A stretch of DNA of 64,000 bases from an uncultured Chloroflexia bacterium (GTDB lineage Bacteria; Chloroflexota; Limnocylindria; QHBO01): positions 355,175 to 419,174 of the forward strand of contig CAWINH010000002.1 of NCBI GenBank assembly GCA_963837425.1, written 5' to 3'. Positions 43,385 to 53,190 of the stretch are shown here, one piece after another. Both the position numbers and the translations under genes were made by a program. The notes beneath the pieces were generated by a model. That model did not search any database. It was not told where the DNA came from and saw only the letters and a list, made by a program, of their open reading frames with translations. Within the stretch, counting starts at the first letter, position 1. Each line of letters opens with the position of its first letter.

Positions 43385-44779
43385 GTGTCAGCGTCATCGC
43401 CGGTCCGGCTCGCCTGCGCGATCGCGCTCGTCCTCGCGCTCGTCGCGTGCGGCGGCCCGAACCCCAGCCAGACCCCGACGACCGTCCCGCCGACCGCCAC
43501 CCCGGCGGTCACCCCGAGCTCAACCCCGGCGGTCGGAGATGTCGTGCCGGCGCCCGGCTCGTCGAGCACGGTCTACGCGCCGAACCCGGGCGCGATCGTC
43601 GTCGCCATCGACCCGGGGCATGGAGGCTGCCTGGACTGGGGCGTGGCGAACCCGTGGAACAACACGGTCGAGACGGCTGAGAAGAGCGACACCCTGGCCA
43701 TCGGCCTGGCCCTGCGCGATCTCCTCGTGGCCCAGGGGATCGAGGTGGTGATGACCCGGACCGATGACTCCGCGCTGGCCGGGGACTACCAGCCCGACTT
43801 TGGCTGCAACGGCCCCCCGTGGCGCGACGTCGACGGCAACGGACAGGCCGGGTTCGACCAGACCGGTCACACCCGGACCCGGGACGAGCTGCAGGCGCGC
43901 ATCGACCTCGCGAACCTGGCGCGCGCCGACGTGCTGGTCAGCATTCACATCAACTCGCTCACCGTAAACGGCGACCCGGTGCCGGTCGCAGCCACGGAGA
44001 CGTATTACGACGACGAGACGCCGTGGGGGACCTCCGCGTCGTCCGGCCTCGCGCAATCGGTTCAGAGCGGAGTCGTGTCGGCGCTCGAAGGCGTCGCTGG
44101 CTACGAGCGCCAGGACCGCGGGAAAGCGGCAGTCGCCTACTACCTGATCTCGCGACAGTGGCAGGACGGCGACACGTGCGAGACGTCGGGCGACGTGTGG
44201 TGCCGGCCGCACCGTGGGATCCAGCTCCCGTCGGTGCTGACCGAGGTCGGTTCGATCACATTCGAGGCTGAGAGCCAGCTGCTCGCGGGCCAGGCCGGAC
44301 GTGCGGCTGCGGCGCAGGGCATCTTCGAGGGCCTGGGCAGCTACTTCGCCGCACGTCCTCTGGCGGTGCGCTATGACGCACTGCTGCCCGGGGGCGAGGC
44401 GGGGATTGCGCCGGCGGCGGTCCCCGGCGATGGGCCGCCGTTCTGGACACCCGTCCTCCCCGACGCCGGAGCCGCCGCGACGCTGGCACTGCGGCTGACG
44501 AACGTCGGGAGCGAGTCGTGGCCCGCGGACCTGACGCTGGTGATGGGATGGTCACCGGCAGACGCGCCGTACCTGTCCACCGCGCCCGATTCGCTGCAGT
44601 CCACCGGGGTGCGCGTCCCCGCGCTGGCCCGTGGCGAGTCGGTCGTGGTGCAGGTGCCGTTGGATCCGCCGGGCGGCACCTCGCGACAGATCGCGTGGCT
44701 CACGCTCGCCGGCCCGGACGGTCCCCTCACCGCACTGGGCGCACCGGCCCTCCAGCTGGCCACTCGCGCCGGCGGCTGA
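43385..44779 (+). CDS. Secreted/lipoprotein N-acetylmuramoyl-L-alanine amidase (Amidase_3) with a C-terminal extension
   Basis: Lipobox LALVACGG; AIDPGHGG; VSIHINS. Confidence 0.6.
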   Translation: MSASSPVRLACAIALVLALVACGGPNPSQTPTTVPPTATPAVTPSSTPAVGDVVPAPGSSSTVYAPNPGAIVVAIDPGHGGCLDWGVANPWNNTVETAEKSDTLAIGLALRDLLVAQGIEVVMTRTDDSALAGDYQPDFGCNGPPWRDVDGNGQAGFDQTGHTRTRDELQARIDLANLARADVLVSIHINSLTVNGDPVPVAATETYYDDETPWGTSASSGLAQSVQSGVVSALEGVAGYERQDRGKAAVAYYLISRQWQDGDTCETSGDVWCRPHRGIQLPSVLTEVGSITFEAESQLLAGQAGRAAAAQGIFEGLGSYFAARPLAVRYDALLPGGEAGIAPAAVPGDGPPFWTPVLPDAGAAATLALRLTNVGSESWPADLTLVMGWSPADAPYLSTAPDSLQSTGVRVPALARGESVVVQVPLDPPGGTSRQIAWLTLAGPDGPLTALGAPALQLATRAGG

Positions 44780-44824
44780 AGGCCCGCAGGTTGACCATGC
44801 GGAAAGCGCATTGGTACCATCCGG

Positions 44825-45649
44825 GTGCACGACCTCGACCGGGCTGGGTGCCCCAGATCGGATCGGGGATGGAACGGGGTCGGGCACGCGAGAGCACGAC
44901 AACGGGAGCATCGATTGCCCGATCAGCGATGGCGGCCGCGCCGCCTCCTCGAGGCACGGCCCATTCGGCGCGGAATTGCGCACCTGCTCGTCATCGCGCT
45001 GGTGGTAGCCAGTGCGGCGGCGGGCATCTCGTTCACCTCGAATGGCGCACCCAGCGGCCACGACTCGAGTTTCGAGCTCGTGGCCCGCGCGCGCGGTGCC
45101 GCAGCCGTCGATCTCGCCCAATCGTTTGACGCGGTGACCTACCAGCTCACCCCGGATCCGCTCGCGCCCACCGTCCCGCTGCAGCGCGGCGAGAGGCACG
45201 TCGTCATCGACCCGACCCCGCTTCCGACCCCGGTCGCGCCGCCGACTCCGACACCAAGGCCGGTCGCCGCCCCGCAGATCGTGAAGGGCAACGGCCAACT
45301 CCTCTGGCCGGTTCCCGGGGGCGTCATCACCCAGTACTACTCGGCGAGCCACCTCGCGCTCGACATTGCCGCTCCGGCGGGCCACCCCGTCGTCGCGTCC
45401 GACGACGGGGTCGTGACCTGGGCCAGCTGGCGGAACAACGGTGGCGGGCTGGTCGTGATGATCGACCATGGCAACGGGATCGTGACCGGCTACAACCACC
45501 TCGGCGTCATCGGGGTGGCGGTCGGCGACAGCGTGACCCGCGGCGAGCAGATCGCACAGGTTGGCTGCACGGGCAACTGCACCGGCCCGCACGTCCATTT
45601 CGAAGTCATCGTGAACGGCACGCTGGTCAACCCGCTTCGCTACCTGTAG
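44825..45649 (+). CDS. M23 (LytM) peptidase; start uncertain
   Basis: HLALDIAAPAGHPVVASDDGVV...VMIDHGNGIVTGYNHL...GCTGNCTGPHVHFEV. Confidence 0.6.
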   Translation: MHDLDRAGCPRSDRGWNGVGHARARQREHRLPDQRWRPRRLLEARPIRRGIAHLLVIALVVASAAAGISFTSNGAPSGHDSSFELVARARGAAAVDLAQSFDAVTYQLTPDPLAPTVPLQRGERHVVIDPTPLPTPVAPPTPTPRPVAAPQIVKGNGQLLWPVPGGVITQYYSASHLALDIAAPAGHPVVASDDGVVTWASWRNNGGGLVVMIDHGNGIVTGYNHLGVIGVAVGDSVTRGEQIAQVGCTGNCTGPHVHFEVIVNGTLVNPLRYL

Positions 45650-45700
45650 CCCCACTTGCCAGGCGGGAGTTCAGCGCCGGCCGTTGCTATCATCCGCCCG

Positions 45701-46993
45701 ATGTTCGCTGACCGTGCCCGCATCCACGTTTCCGCCGGCGCGGGAGGGGACGGATCGGCATCGTTCCGCCGCGAGGCGCACGTGCCGCGCGGCGGGCCCG
45801 ATGGCGGGGATGGCGGCAACGGTGGCAGCGTGATCCTCACCGTGACGTCCGGCATGACGACCCTGGGGGACTACCGGCGCCACCGGCACGTCCGCGCGGC
45901 GGCGGGCGGCAAGGGTGCTCGGCGACGCTCGCATGGGCGCAATGGCGGGGACGTGGAGCTCGGGGTGCCTCCGGGCACGGTGGTGCGGACCGCGGCACCG
46001 GCCGGCGACGCGGAACCCACCTGGCTGGGGGAGCTCCTGAAGCCCGGCGAGCGCCTGGTGGTGGCGCGCGGCGGGCGCGGCGGGCGCGGCAACGTCCACT
46101 TCGCGAGCGCGACGCACCGTGCGCCAACTCATGCGGAAAAGGGGGAGCCCGGCGAGGAGCGCTGGATCGAGCTCGAGCTGAAGCTGATTGCCGACATCGG
46201 CCTGGTCGGCGCACCGAACGCCGGCAAGTCAACGCTGCTCGGCGCCCTGACCGCCGCCGAGCCGCGGATCGACAGCTACCCATTCACCACCGTTAGCCCG
46301 AACCTCGGGGTACTGGCGCTCGATGACGACGAGCGGACCGCAGTGCTCGCCGACGTGCCGGGTCTCATCGAGGGAGCCAGCGAGGGGCGGGGGCTGGGAC
46401 ACGGTTTTCTCCGCCACGTCGAGCGCACGCGAGTGATGGTGGCTGTGGTGGATGGCGCCGCGGACGATCCGGTCGCCGCGTGGCGGTCGGTCGCCGCGGA
46501 GCTGCAGGCCCACGACGCGTCCCTCCTCGAGCGCCCGATCGTCACCGTGGTCACGAAGCAGGACCTGCCGGCCGCGCGTGCGCACTGGTCCCGGGTGCGC
46601 CGCGCGCTCATCGCCGACGGGCTGCAGCCGATCGCCGTATCGGCGCTGGCCGAGACCGGCCTGGACCAGCTGCGGGGCGCGCTGCGATTGGCGCTCGCGG
46701 AGGCGGACGAGCGCGAGCGGCGCGAACCGGCGGCGGACGAGGTTCGGGTCCACCGCTTCGACCCGCTCGAGACCGGATGGCGAGTGTCCGCGGAGGCGGA
46801 CGGCCTCCGCGTGCGTGGACGGCGAGTGGAGGCTGCCGCCGCCCGCACGAACTTCGAGAATGCCGAGTCGCGGGAGCGCTTCTGGCGCACGCTCGAGCGT
46901 CTCGGCATCGGTGCCGAGCTGCGAAGCCGGGGAGCCACGACCGGGACCACGGTGCGCATCGGCGATGCAGAGCTGGAATGGGACGACGAATGA
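45701..46993 (+). CDS. obg: GTPase Obg
   Basis: MFADRARIHVSAGAGGDG, GLVGAPNAGKSTLL, C-terminal OCT-type domain. Confidence 0.85.
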   Translation: MFADRARIHVSAGAGGDGSASFRREAHVPRGGPDGGDGGNGGSVILTVTSGMTTLGDYRRHRHVRAAAGGKGARRRSHGRNGGDVELGVPPGTVVRTAAPAGDAEPTWLGELLKPGERLVVARGGRGGRGNVHFASATHRAPTHAEKGEPGEERWIELELKLIADIGLVGAPNAGKSTLLGALTAAEPRIDSYPFTTVSPNLGVLALDDDERTAVLADVPGLIEGASEGRGLGHGFLRHVERTRVMVAVVDGAADDPVAAWRSVAAELQAHDASLLERPIVTVVTKQDLPAARAHWSRVRRALIADGLQPIAVSALAETGLDQLRGALRLALAEADERERREPAADEVRVHRFDPLETGWRVSAEADGLRVRGRRVEAAAARTNFENAESRERFWRTLERLGIGAELRSRGATTGTTVRIGDAELEWDDE

Positions 46994-47631
46994 CGGCGGC
47001 GGAGCGGATCGGGATCCTGGGCGGCACATTCGACCCGCCACACATCGGGCACCTGTGGCTGGCGGCGCTCGCCGCCGAGTCCCTCGGGCTGTCGCGCGTG
47101 TTGTTCATGCCCGCCGCGCGCCCACCACACAAGGCCGGCCGGCCGTTGAGCAGCGCCGAGGACCGACTGGCGCTGACGCGGGCTGCCATCGAAGGCGAAC
47201 CGCGCTTCGAGCTGTGCACGCTCGAGCTCGAGCGGCTGGGCCCCTCGTACACGGTTGACAGCGTTGCCGCGCTCCTGGAGCGTTACCCGTCGCCGCACCG
47301 TCTTGTCCTCCTGATGGCGTCCGACTCACTCGCGGAGATCGGCACCTGGCGGGACCCCGAGCGGCTGCTCAGCATCGTCGAGTTCGGCGTGGGCCCGCGA
47401 TCCGGTCACTGGCCCGTGGAACGCGCCCCGCTGACCGCGCGCTTCGGCACCGCCGCCGAGCGGATCCACCTCATCGACGGCCCGGCACTCGAAGTCAGCA
47501 GCTCCGAGCTTCGGCGCCGGGTGGCGGCCGGTCAGACCATCCGCTACCTTGTGCCGCGGGCGGTCGAAGCGCTGATCGTGGAGCGTGCCCTGTACCGCAA
47601 TCTCGAAACACGGAGTACCGACCCTGGCTGA
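46990..47631 (+). CDS. nadD: Nicotinate-nucleotide adenylyltransferase
   Basis: GILGGTFDPPHIGHL; ATGA overlap with obg. Confidence 0.8.
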   Translation: MTAAERIGILGGTFDPPHIGHLWLAALAAESLGLSRVLFMPAARPPHKAGRPLSSAEDRLALTRAAIEGEPRFELCTLELERLGPSYTVDSVAALLERYPSPHRLVLLMASDSLAEIGTWRDPERLLSIVEFGVGPRSGHWPVERAPLTARFGTAAERIHLIDGPALEVSSSELRRRVAAGQTIRYLVPRAVEALIVERALYRNLETRSTDPG

Positions 47632-47998
47632 TCCGATCGCCTCCTCCTCCGCGCTGGAGCCCGCAGAGCTGGCGCATCGCATCGTGGAGGTGGCCTCCGA
47701 CAAGAAGGCGTCGGACGTATTGCTGCTGCGGACTTCGGAGGTCACGATCATGGCCGACTACTTCGTGATCTGCTCCGGCCGCAGCGATCGCCAGGTGCAG
47801 GCCCTCAGCCAGGCGATCGCGGACGAGCTGCGCGAGGATGGGGTGCGCCCGCTCGGGGTCGAGGGGCTGGGATCGGCACGCTGGGTGCTCCTCGACTACG
47901 GGTCCGTGATCGTCCATGTGTTCGCTCCCGAGGAGCGCGAGTACTACGGTCTCGAGCGGCTGTGGAGCTCTGCCACCGAGGTCGTCCGCATCGTCTGA
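47585..47998 (+). CDS. rsfS: Ribosomal silencing factor RsfS (Iojap)
   Basis: ASDKKASDVLLLRTSEVTIMADYFVICSGRSDRQVQA; start codon uncertain (overlaps the end of nadD). Confidence 0.7.
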   Translation: MPCTAISKHGVPTLADPIASSSALEPAELAHRIVEVASDKKASDVLLLRTSEVTIMADYFVICSGRSDRQVQALSQAIADELREDGVRPLGVEGLGSARWVLLDYGSVIVHVFAPEEREYYGLERLWSSATEVVRIV

Positions 47999-48099
47999 TC
48001 GGGCGCGCATGGGACGGGCGCCCGGTACTGCTTCGGTACTATCCGGCGACCGCCGGTCCTCCTATTGAGAGGGCGACGCTGCACTTGCATCCTCGCGCC

Positions 48100-48360
48100 A
48101 TGAGCGAACGCAGCCCGTCGGCAACCGCGGTCGAGACCTGTCGCTTCTGTGGCGGCGATCTGCTGACCAGCGTGTTCGACACGACGTTTCGCGACCTGAC
48201 CGCGGAAGAGCGCCTCTTCTTTGCGATTCCCGGCGCGCTGTGCGTTCCCTGTCGCCAGCTCTACGTCGACCAGCAGCTGATCGGCATCCTCGGCCTCTCC
48301 GAGGCGCGCTGCACGTTCGCGATCGAGAGCGACCGCGTGCTTCGCGCCGGAGCCGCCTGA
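48100..48360 (+). CDS. Small zinc-finger protein (CxxC...CxxC), hypothetical
   Basis: MSERSPSATAVETCRFCGGDLL...LCVPCRQLYVDQQLIGILGL. Confidence 0.35.
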   Translation: MSERSPSATAVETCRFCGGDLLTSVFDTTFRDLTAEERLFFAIPGALCVPCRQLYVDQQLIGILGLSEARCTFAIESDRVLRAGAA

Positions 48361-48367
48361 CCCGCGA

Positions 48368-49423
48368 CTACGCGCTCCGCTCCGACGGCCGGCGCTCGAT
48401 ACCGAGCAGGTAGGTTCCCACCCACGCGCTGACGGCAGGCTCGCCCTCGCTCAGGTTCGCCTTGATCGCCAGGTCGGCCTCGAACAGGCCGCGGAGCATC
48501 TCCTCGAGCTCCTCGCCGCTGTAGCGTCGCGTCGCTTCCGCTAGGCGCTCCGCCATCCGCATGTTGCCGCGGCCCACCCGGCGCGCAATCTCGGCTGCCG
48601 GCGCGGATCGTGCGAGGAGGTCGCGGGTCACGATCAGGTCTCCGATCCGCCCTGCGATCGCCGCCATGATCCGGAGCACCGGCTGTCCCTCGTCGAGGGC
48701 CCGCTCCAGCGCGGCGGCGGAAAGGCGAGCGTCGCGACGATCGATCGCATTCGTGATCGCGTACAGGCTGGCGGGTCGCGCGTCGGCGACGAGCTCCTCG
48801 ACGTCGTCCGCTGCAATCGATCGCCCCTTCGCGTACGTCGCCAGCTTCTCGAGCTCCACGTGCGCGATTCGCGTCTGCTCACCGCGCTCGACGTCCGTCT
48901 CCGCGACCGCCCCTCCCACCCGTTCGGCGAGCAGCGCTGCCGCCCGCGGCTCGATCTCCACACCGAGCTCGACAGCGTGGCTCCTGATCCAGGCCTGGAG
49001 CTGACCGCGGCGCGGCGTGAGTCGCGCCTCGACGCGACCGCCGCGGGCCTGCACCGCCTCGATCAGGCGTGCGAGCAGGGCCGGTGGGCGATTGCCGTCC
49101 CGCGAGGCCCGCAGGTCCGCGAGCGCCAGGGCCGCCCCGTCCGGCAGTCCGGCGACGAGCGTCAGCAGCTTCTCGGCGGCGGCCGACGAGCGCCCGGCGG
49201 CCCGAACCGGCTGGCGCAGCACGGTGAGATGCGGTCCGAACATGCTCATGCTGCCCGCCTCGAGGATGGCGCGATCGAGCGCCGCCTCGTCGGGACTCCG
49301 CTCGGGGACGATCTCCACGCGGTCCGCGGCATCGATGGCGCTCGCGAACCCGAGCAACGCCCGATCGATCTCGAACGCGTCGTCGCCATGGGCGAGGAGG
49401 AGCGCAGCACTCATGCGCCGGCC
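48368..49423 (-). CDS. holA: DNA polymerase III delta subunit
   Basis: 351 aa. The call rests on its position upstream of comEC-comEA and on the typical delta N-terminus ...LLLAHGDDAFEIDRAL. Confidence 0.55.
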   Translation of the reverse strand, partial: GRRMSAALLLAHGDDAFEIDRALLGFASAIDAADRVEIVPERSPDEAALDRAILEAGSMSMFGPHLTVLRQPVRAAGRSSAAAEKLLTLVAGLPDGAALALADLRASRDGNRPPALLARLIEAVQARGGRVEARLTPRRGQLQAWIRSHAVELGVEIEPRAAALLAERVGGAVAETDVERGEQTRIAHVELEKLATYAKGRSIAADDVEELVADARPASLYAITNAIDRRDARLSAAALERALDEGQPVLRIMAAIAGRIGDLIVTRDLLARSAPAAEIARRVGRGNMRMAERLAEATRRYSGEELEEMLRGLFEADLAIKANLSEGEPAVSAWVGTYLLGIERRPSERSA

Positions 49424-49968
49424 TCCCATGCGGCGCGCAGCCGTCCGTCGAGCTCCTCCCCCGCGAGGCCGGTCACCTCGGCCAGCTCGCCCTCGAGCGC
49501 ATGCGCCGGCCTGCGGGCGGCGTTGATCTCCTCGCGGTACTCGGGGTGCCGTTGCGCCATCTCGTCGATCCGCGCATCGGTCGCGAGGTAGACCTGCGCC
49601 ACGTGGCGATCGGCAACCGACACGATCACCGATGGCCAGCCGCGCGGGAACCGCTCGTCGTCGAGCAGGCAGGCAAGGGGGTGCGAAGCGACCGGCAGCG
49701 CGAGCTCCTCGTACCCGAGCTCGGTCAGCCAGCGCGCGCCCACGATGCCATGCTGCTCGCCGCTGCGGCGAGTGTGGAGCTTGTCGATGTCGTGGAGCAG
49801 GGCGGCGACCTCGACCATCCCGACATCCAGCGGGACGCCGCTTGACGCCACGAGCTGGGCGGCGGCACACGCGACGCGGGCGACGCCCCGCGAGTGAACG
49901 AGGATCTGCTCCGGGAGGTCGTAGCTGCGCAGGACCTGCTCTGCGCGCTGGCGGCTGGGAACGGCCAT
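49411..49968 (-). CDS. HD-domain phosphohydrolase (YqeK-like)
   Basis: VAALLHDIDKL HD motif; 185 aa. Confidence 0.5.
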   Translation of the reverse strand: MAVPSRQRAEQVLRSYDLPEQILVHSRGVARVACAAAQLVASSGVPLDVGMVEVAALLHDIDKLHTRRSGEQHGIVGARWLTELGYEELALPVASHPLACLLDDERFPRGWPSVIVSVADRHVAQVYLATDARIDEMAQRHPEYREEINAARRPAHALEGELAEVTGLAGEELDGRLRAAWEAGA

Positions 49969-49984
49969 GCCCCGATGCTACTCG

Positions 49985-52412
49985 CAGCGACCGGCTTCCC
50001 GCCCGCCGCGTCCCAGTCGAGGTGAATCGTGCCCTCCAGGTCGGTGCGGTGGATGGTGAGTCCCGGCACGGACGCGAGGTGATCGAGCGTCACCTGGTGT
50101 GGGTGGCCGTACTCGTTGCCGATGCCCGCCGAGATGAGGGCCAGGTGCGGACGGGTCGCGGCGAGGAGCTCGAGGGTGGTCGACGAGCTCGAGCCGTGAT
50201 GGCCGACCTTCAGCACATCGACGGGGCCGATGAGCCCGCGCTCGAGTAGCCGTCGCTCGATCGGCGCCTCGGCGTCGCCCATGAGCAGCACCCGCACCCC
50301 GCCCGATGAGAGCAGCGCCACCACCGACGCGTTGTTGATGTCGCCGTCCGGCAGGGGCGCGTCGAGATCGGCAGCGGAGGGAAAGAGGATCGCCAGGGTC
50401 GTCGTCGCGTCGAGCGCCACCCGCATGCCGGCCCGAGCGCCGACCAGTCGCCCGGGTTGCGCGGCCGCATCGGCCAGGAATCTCGCGTAGGTCGGGTTCG
50501 AGTATGGCCGGCTCGAGTCGAGCACCAGACCCACGCGAAAGCGCTCGAGGGCCGCGACCAGTCCCGCCACGTGGTCCTCGTGCGGGTGCGTCAGGAGCAC
50601 GACGTCGATCGTGCGCTGCCAGAATGGCAGCTCCTCGCCGAGCCGCCGCATGGCGAGCTCAGGGTCCGGCCCGCCATCCACGAGCAGCGTGCCTCCCGAC
50701 GGGGCACGGATGAGGATCGCATCGCCCTGGCCGATGTCGAGCATCGCGAGGTGCGCCCTGCCGTCCGGCTGGGTTGCGAGCGTCAGGACCGCGACGACCG
50801 CGAGCGTGACGGCCGCCAACGGCAGCGGCCGGACCAGGCCGCTCGCCAGCTCGAGATGTCCGCCGGCCGTTGCCGCGGGCCCCTCCTCGCCGGTCGGCGG
50901 CCGCAGCCGGCGGCGGAGGAGGGGGAGGAGGGGATACCAGGCCACGGCCAGCCAGGCGGGTGCGGCGAGGTCGAGCGAGGCGAACGGCACGGCCGCCGCC
51001 AGCTCGCCGATCTCGATCATCAGGCGCAGGTAGAGCCACGCGCTCCCTCCCATGGCCCACCCCAGCAGGTCACCGATGAGCGGTGGCAGGAGCGGCTGGA
51101 GCAGCCCGACGACGGCGGCGAGCGCCGAGGTCAGCATCACGATCGGCACCAGGGGAACCACCAGGACGTTGGCCAGCGGGGCGACGAGCGAGAGACGCTC
51201 GAAGTTGAGGAGGATGACCGGGAGCGTGGTGAGCTGGGCGGCGAGCGTCAGTGCCACCGGCTCGCGGAGCATCGCCGGCCAGCGGCGCAGGCGCCATTCG
51301 ATCGCCGCGCCGAACCAGATCAGGCCCGCCGTGGCCAGGGCCGAGAGCTGGAATCCGACGTCCCACAGGAGCGGTGGGGCGACGAGCAGCATGACCAGCG
51401 CCGCCAGCATGAGCGCCGAGATGGCGTGCGCGCGCGATCCACCCAGCCGTGCCAGCAGGAGAGCGCCGGCCATCAGCGCCGCCCGGACGACCGATGGGGT
51501 TGCCCCCGTCAGCAGCACGTAGCCGACCACGGCGACGACCGACAGGCAGATGGCGAGCGGGCGTCCGCCTCGCCGCCGCAGTAACGGACGCATGAGAGCG
51601 GTAATCAGCCCGGCGACGATGGCGATGTTCCAGCCGGAGATCGCGACGACGTGGGTCAGGCCCGCGGTCGCGAACGCGTCGCTGACCTCCGGAGCGATGC
51701 TGCTGCGGACGCCGAGCAGGATGCCGACCGCGAGCGCCGCCTCGGGCTCGGGGATGCGCGACTGGACGCTGGCCTGCAGGGCGCGCCGCAGGCGCGCGGT
51801 CAGCTCGGGGAGCACTCCCAGCCGGTGCCCGACGACATCAGCCGCCCGGGCGCTGGCGATCGCGGAGATGCCCTGGCGGGCGAGGTACTCGCGATAGGCG
51901 AACCCGTCGAAGTCGCGCGGTGCCTCGAGGCTGGATGCGAAGCGAATCCGATCTCCGACCCCGGCGGCCAGCGAGCGCGGCAGCCAGACCAGGAGACGCC
52001 CCGCAGCGGGGACCCCGGCGCTCGGGGTCTCGCCGGGCGCCGAGATGCCTGACACCGACACGCCGTCGAGCACCGCCTGCTGGCGGTCGCCGTGGGGGCG
52101 AGGCTCCTCGGCGAGCGTGCCGGTGATGGTCAACGTCCCGCCGCCGATCATCGATGCCAGGCTGCCTTCACCGCTCGGCACCGCGCTGCCCGCCCCGCGC
52201 CAGGCACCGATCGAGAGAGCAAGGAGGAAGGTGCCGGTGACGAGGAGCGTCAGAGATCCCCGCCGGGCAACGCGAGCGAGGAGGAGCACCACGTCGCCCG
52301 CCCCGGTGATCGGCAGGGCCAGGGAACCGAGGGTTGCCGGTGCTGCGTCCTGTGCGAGGATCCCCGCCGCCACCCCACAGAGGGCGGCGGGCAGCAGGAG
52401 CGCACCGGCCAT
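49985..52412 (-). CDS. comEC: Competence protein ComEC/Rec2 with a C-terminal metallo-beta-lactamase domain; 3' end uncertain (the ORF frame reads through to 49725)
   Basis: Many TM helices, LLTHPHEDHVAGL, KVGHHGSSSST. Confidence 0.7.
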
Positions 52413-52431
52413 CTCGCTAGCGGACGGCCAG

Positions 52432-53049
52432 CTACACGGTCACGAGGTCGCGAATGCCTTCCAGCTGGCCGCGGTTCATGACCTTCCGATCGACGAGCTC
52501 GTCGAGGTTCGTGAACGGCTGCCCGGTACGGGCCGCCACGATCTTCTGCGCGGTGACCGGGCCGATGCCGGGGAGCGCCTCGAGTGCGTCGAGGCTCGCG
52601 GTGTTCAGGTTCACGAGGCCGCCATCGGCGGGAGCTCCGCCCGCGGGTGACGAGGCGGGACCTTCCGTGAGGCCGATGATCGGCACGTAGACCTGCGCGC
52701 CGTCGCTCAGCCTGGCTGCCAGGTTCAGGCTCATCGCCGCGGCCGCCAGGTCGGCATCGGGCGCGTAGCCGCCGACGGCCGCGATCGCGTCCGCAACCCG
52801 CGCGTCGCCGGGGAGCGACACGACGCCGGGCCGCGCGACGGCCCCCTCCACGTCGACGACGAGCTCGCCGTCGCCCCGAGCGCCCGGATCCGGCGCCGCG
52901 GAGACCTCAGGGATGCTGAATGACGGGAGCGTCGCAGCCGGCGTCTCGCCGCCGGCAGCGGCCAGCAGGAGCCAGCAGCTGGCTCCCACCAGGACCAGGG
53001 AGAGCGCGGCGAGGAGGAGTGCCGCGCGATCTCGGATGTTGAGGAACAT
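52432..53049 (-). CDS. comEA: ComEA helix-hairpin-helix DNA receptor
   Basis: LVNLNTASLDALEALPGIGPVTAQKIVAAR. Confidence 0.7.
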   Translation of the reverse strand: MFLNIRDRAALLLAALSLVLVGASCWLLLAAAGGETPAATLPSFSIPEVSAAPDPGARGDGELVVDVEGAVARPGVVSLPGDARVADAIAAVGGYAPDADLAAAAMSLNLAARLSDGAQVYVPIIGLTEGPASSPAGGAPADGGLVNLNTASLDALEALPGIGPVTAQKIVAARTGQPFTNLDELVDRKVMNRGQLEGIRDLVTV

Positions 53050-53190
53050 CGCTCGCCTCGCATTGGGAGGCGAGGGGTGGCTGACGGCGTGGGACCTGTC
53101 CGGGACCCGGCGCCCGGGCACTCGACGCCGGGTCCCGGAAGCAGGCTGCGCAGCCTAGTGCGGCCCGCTTATCCGCCGATTACCGCTGGC

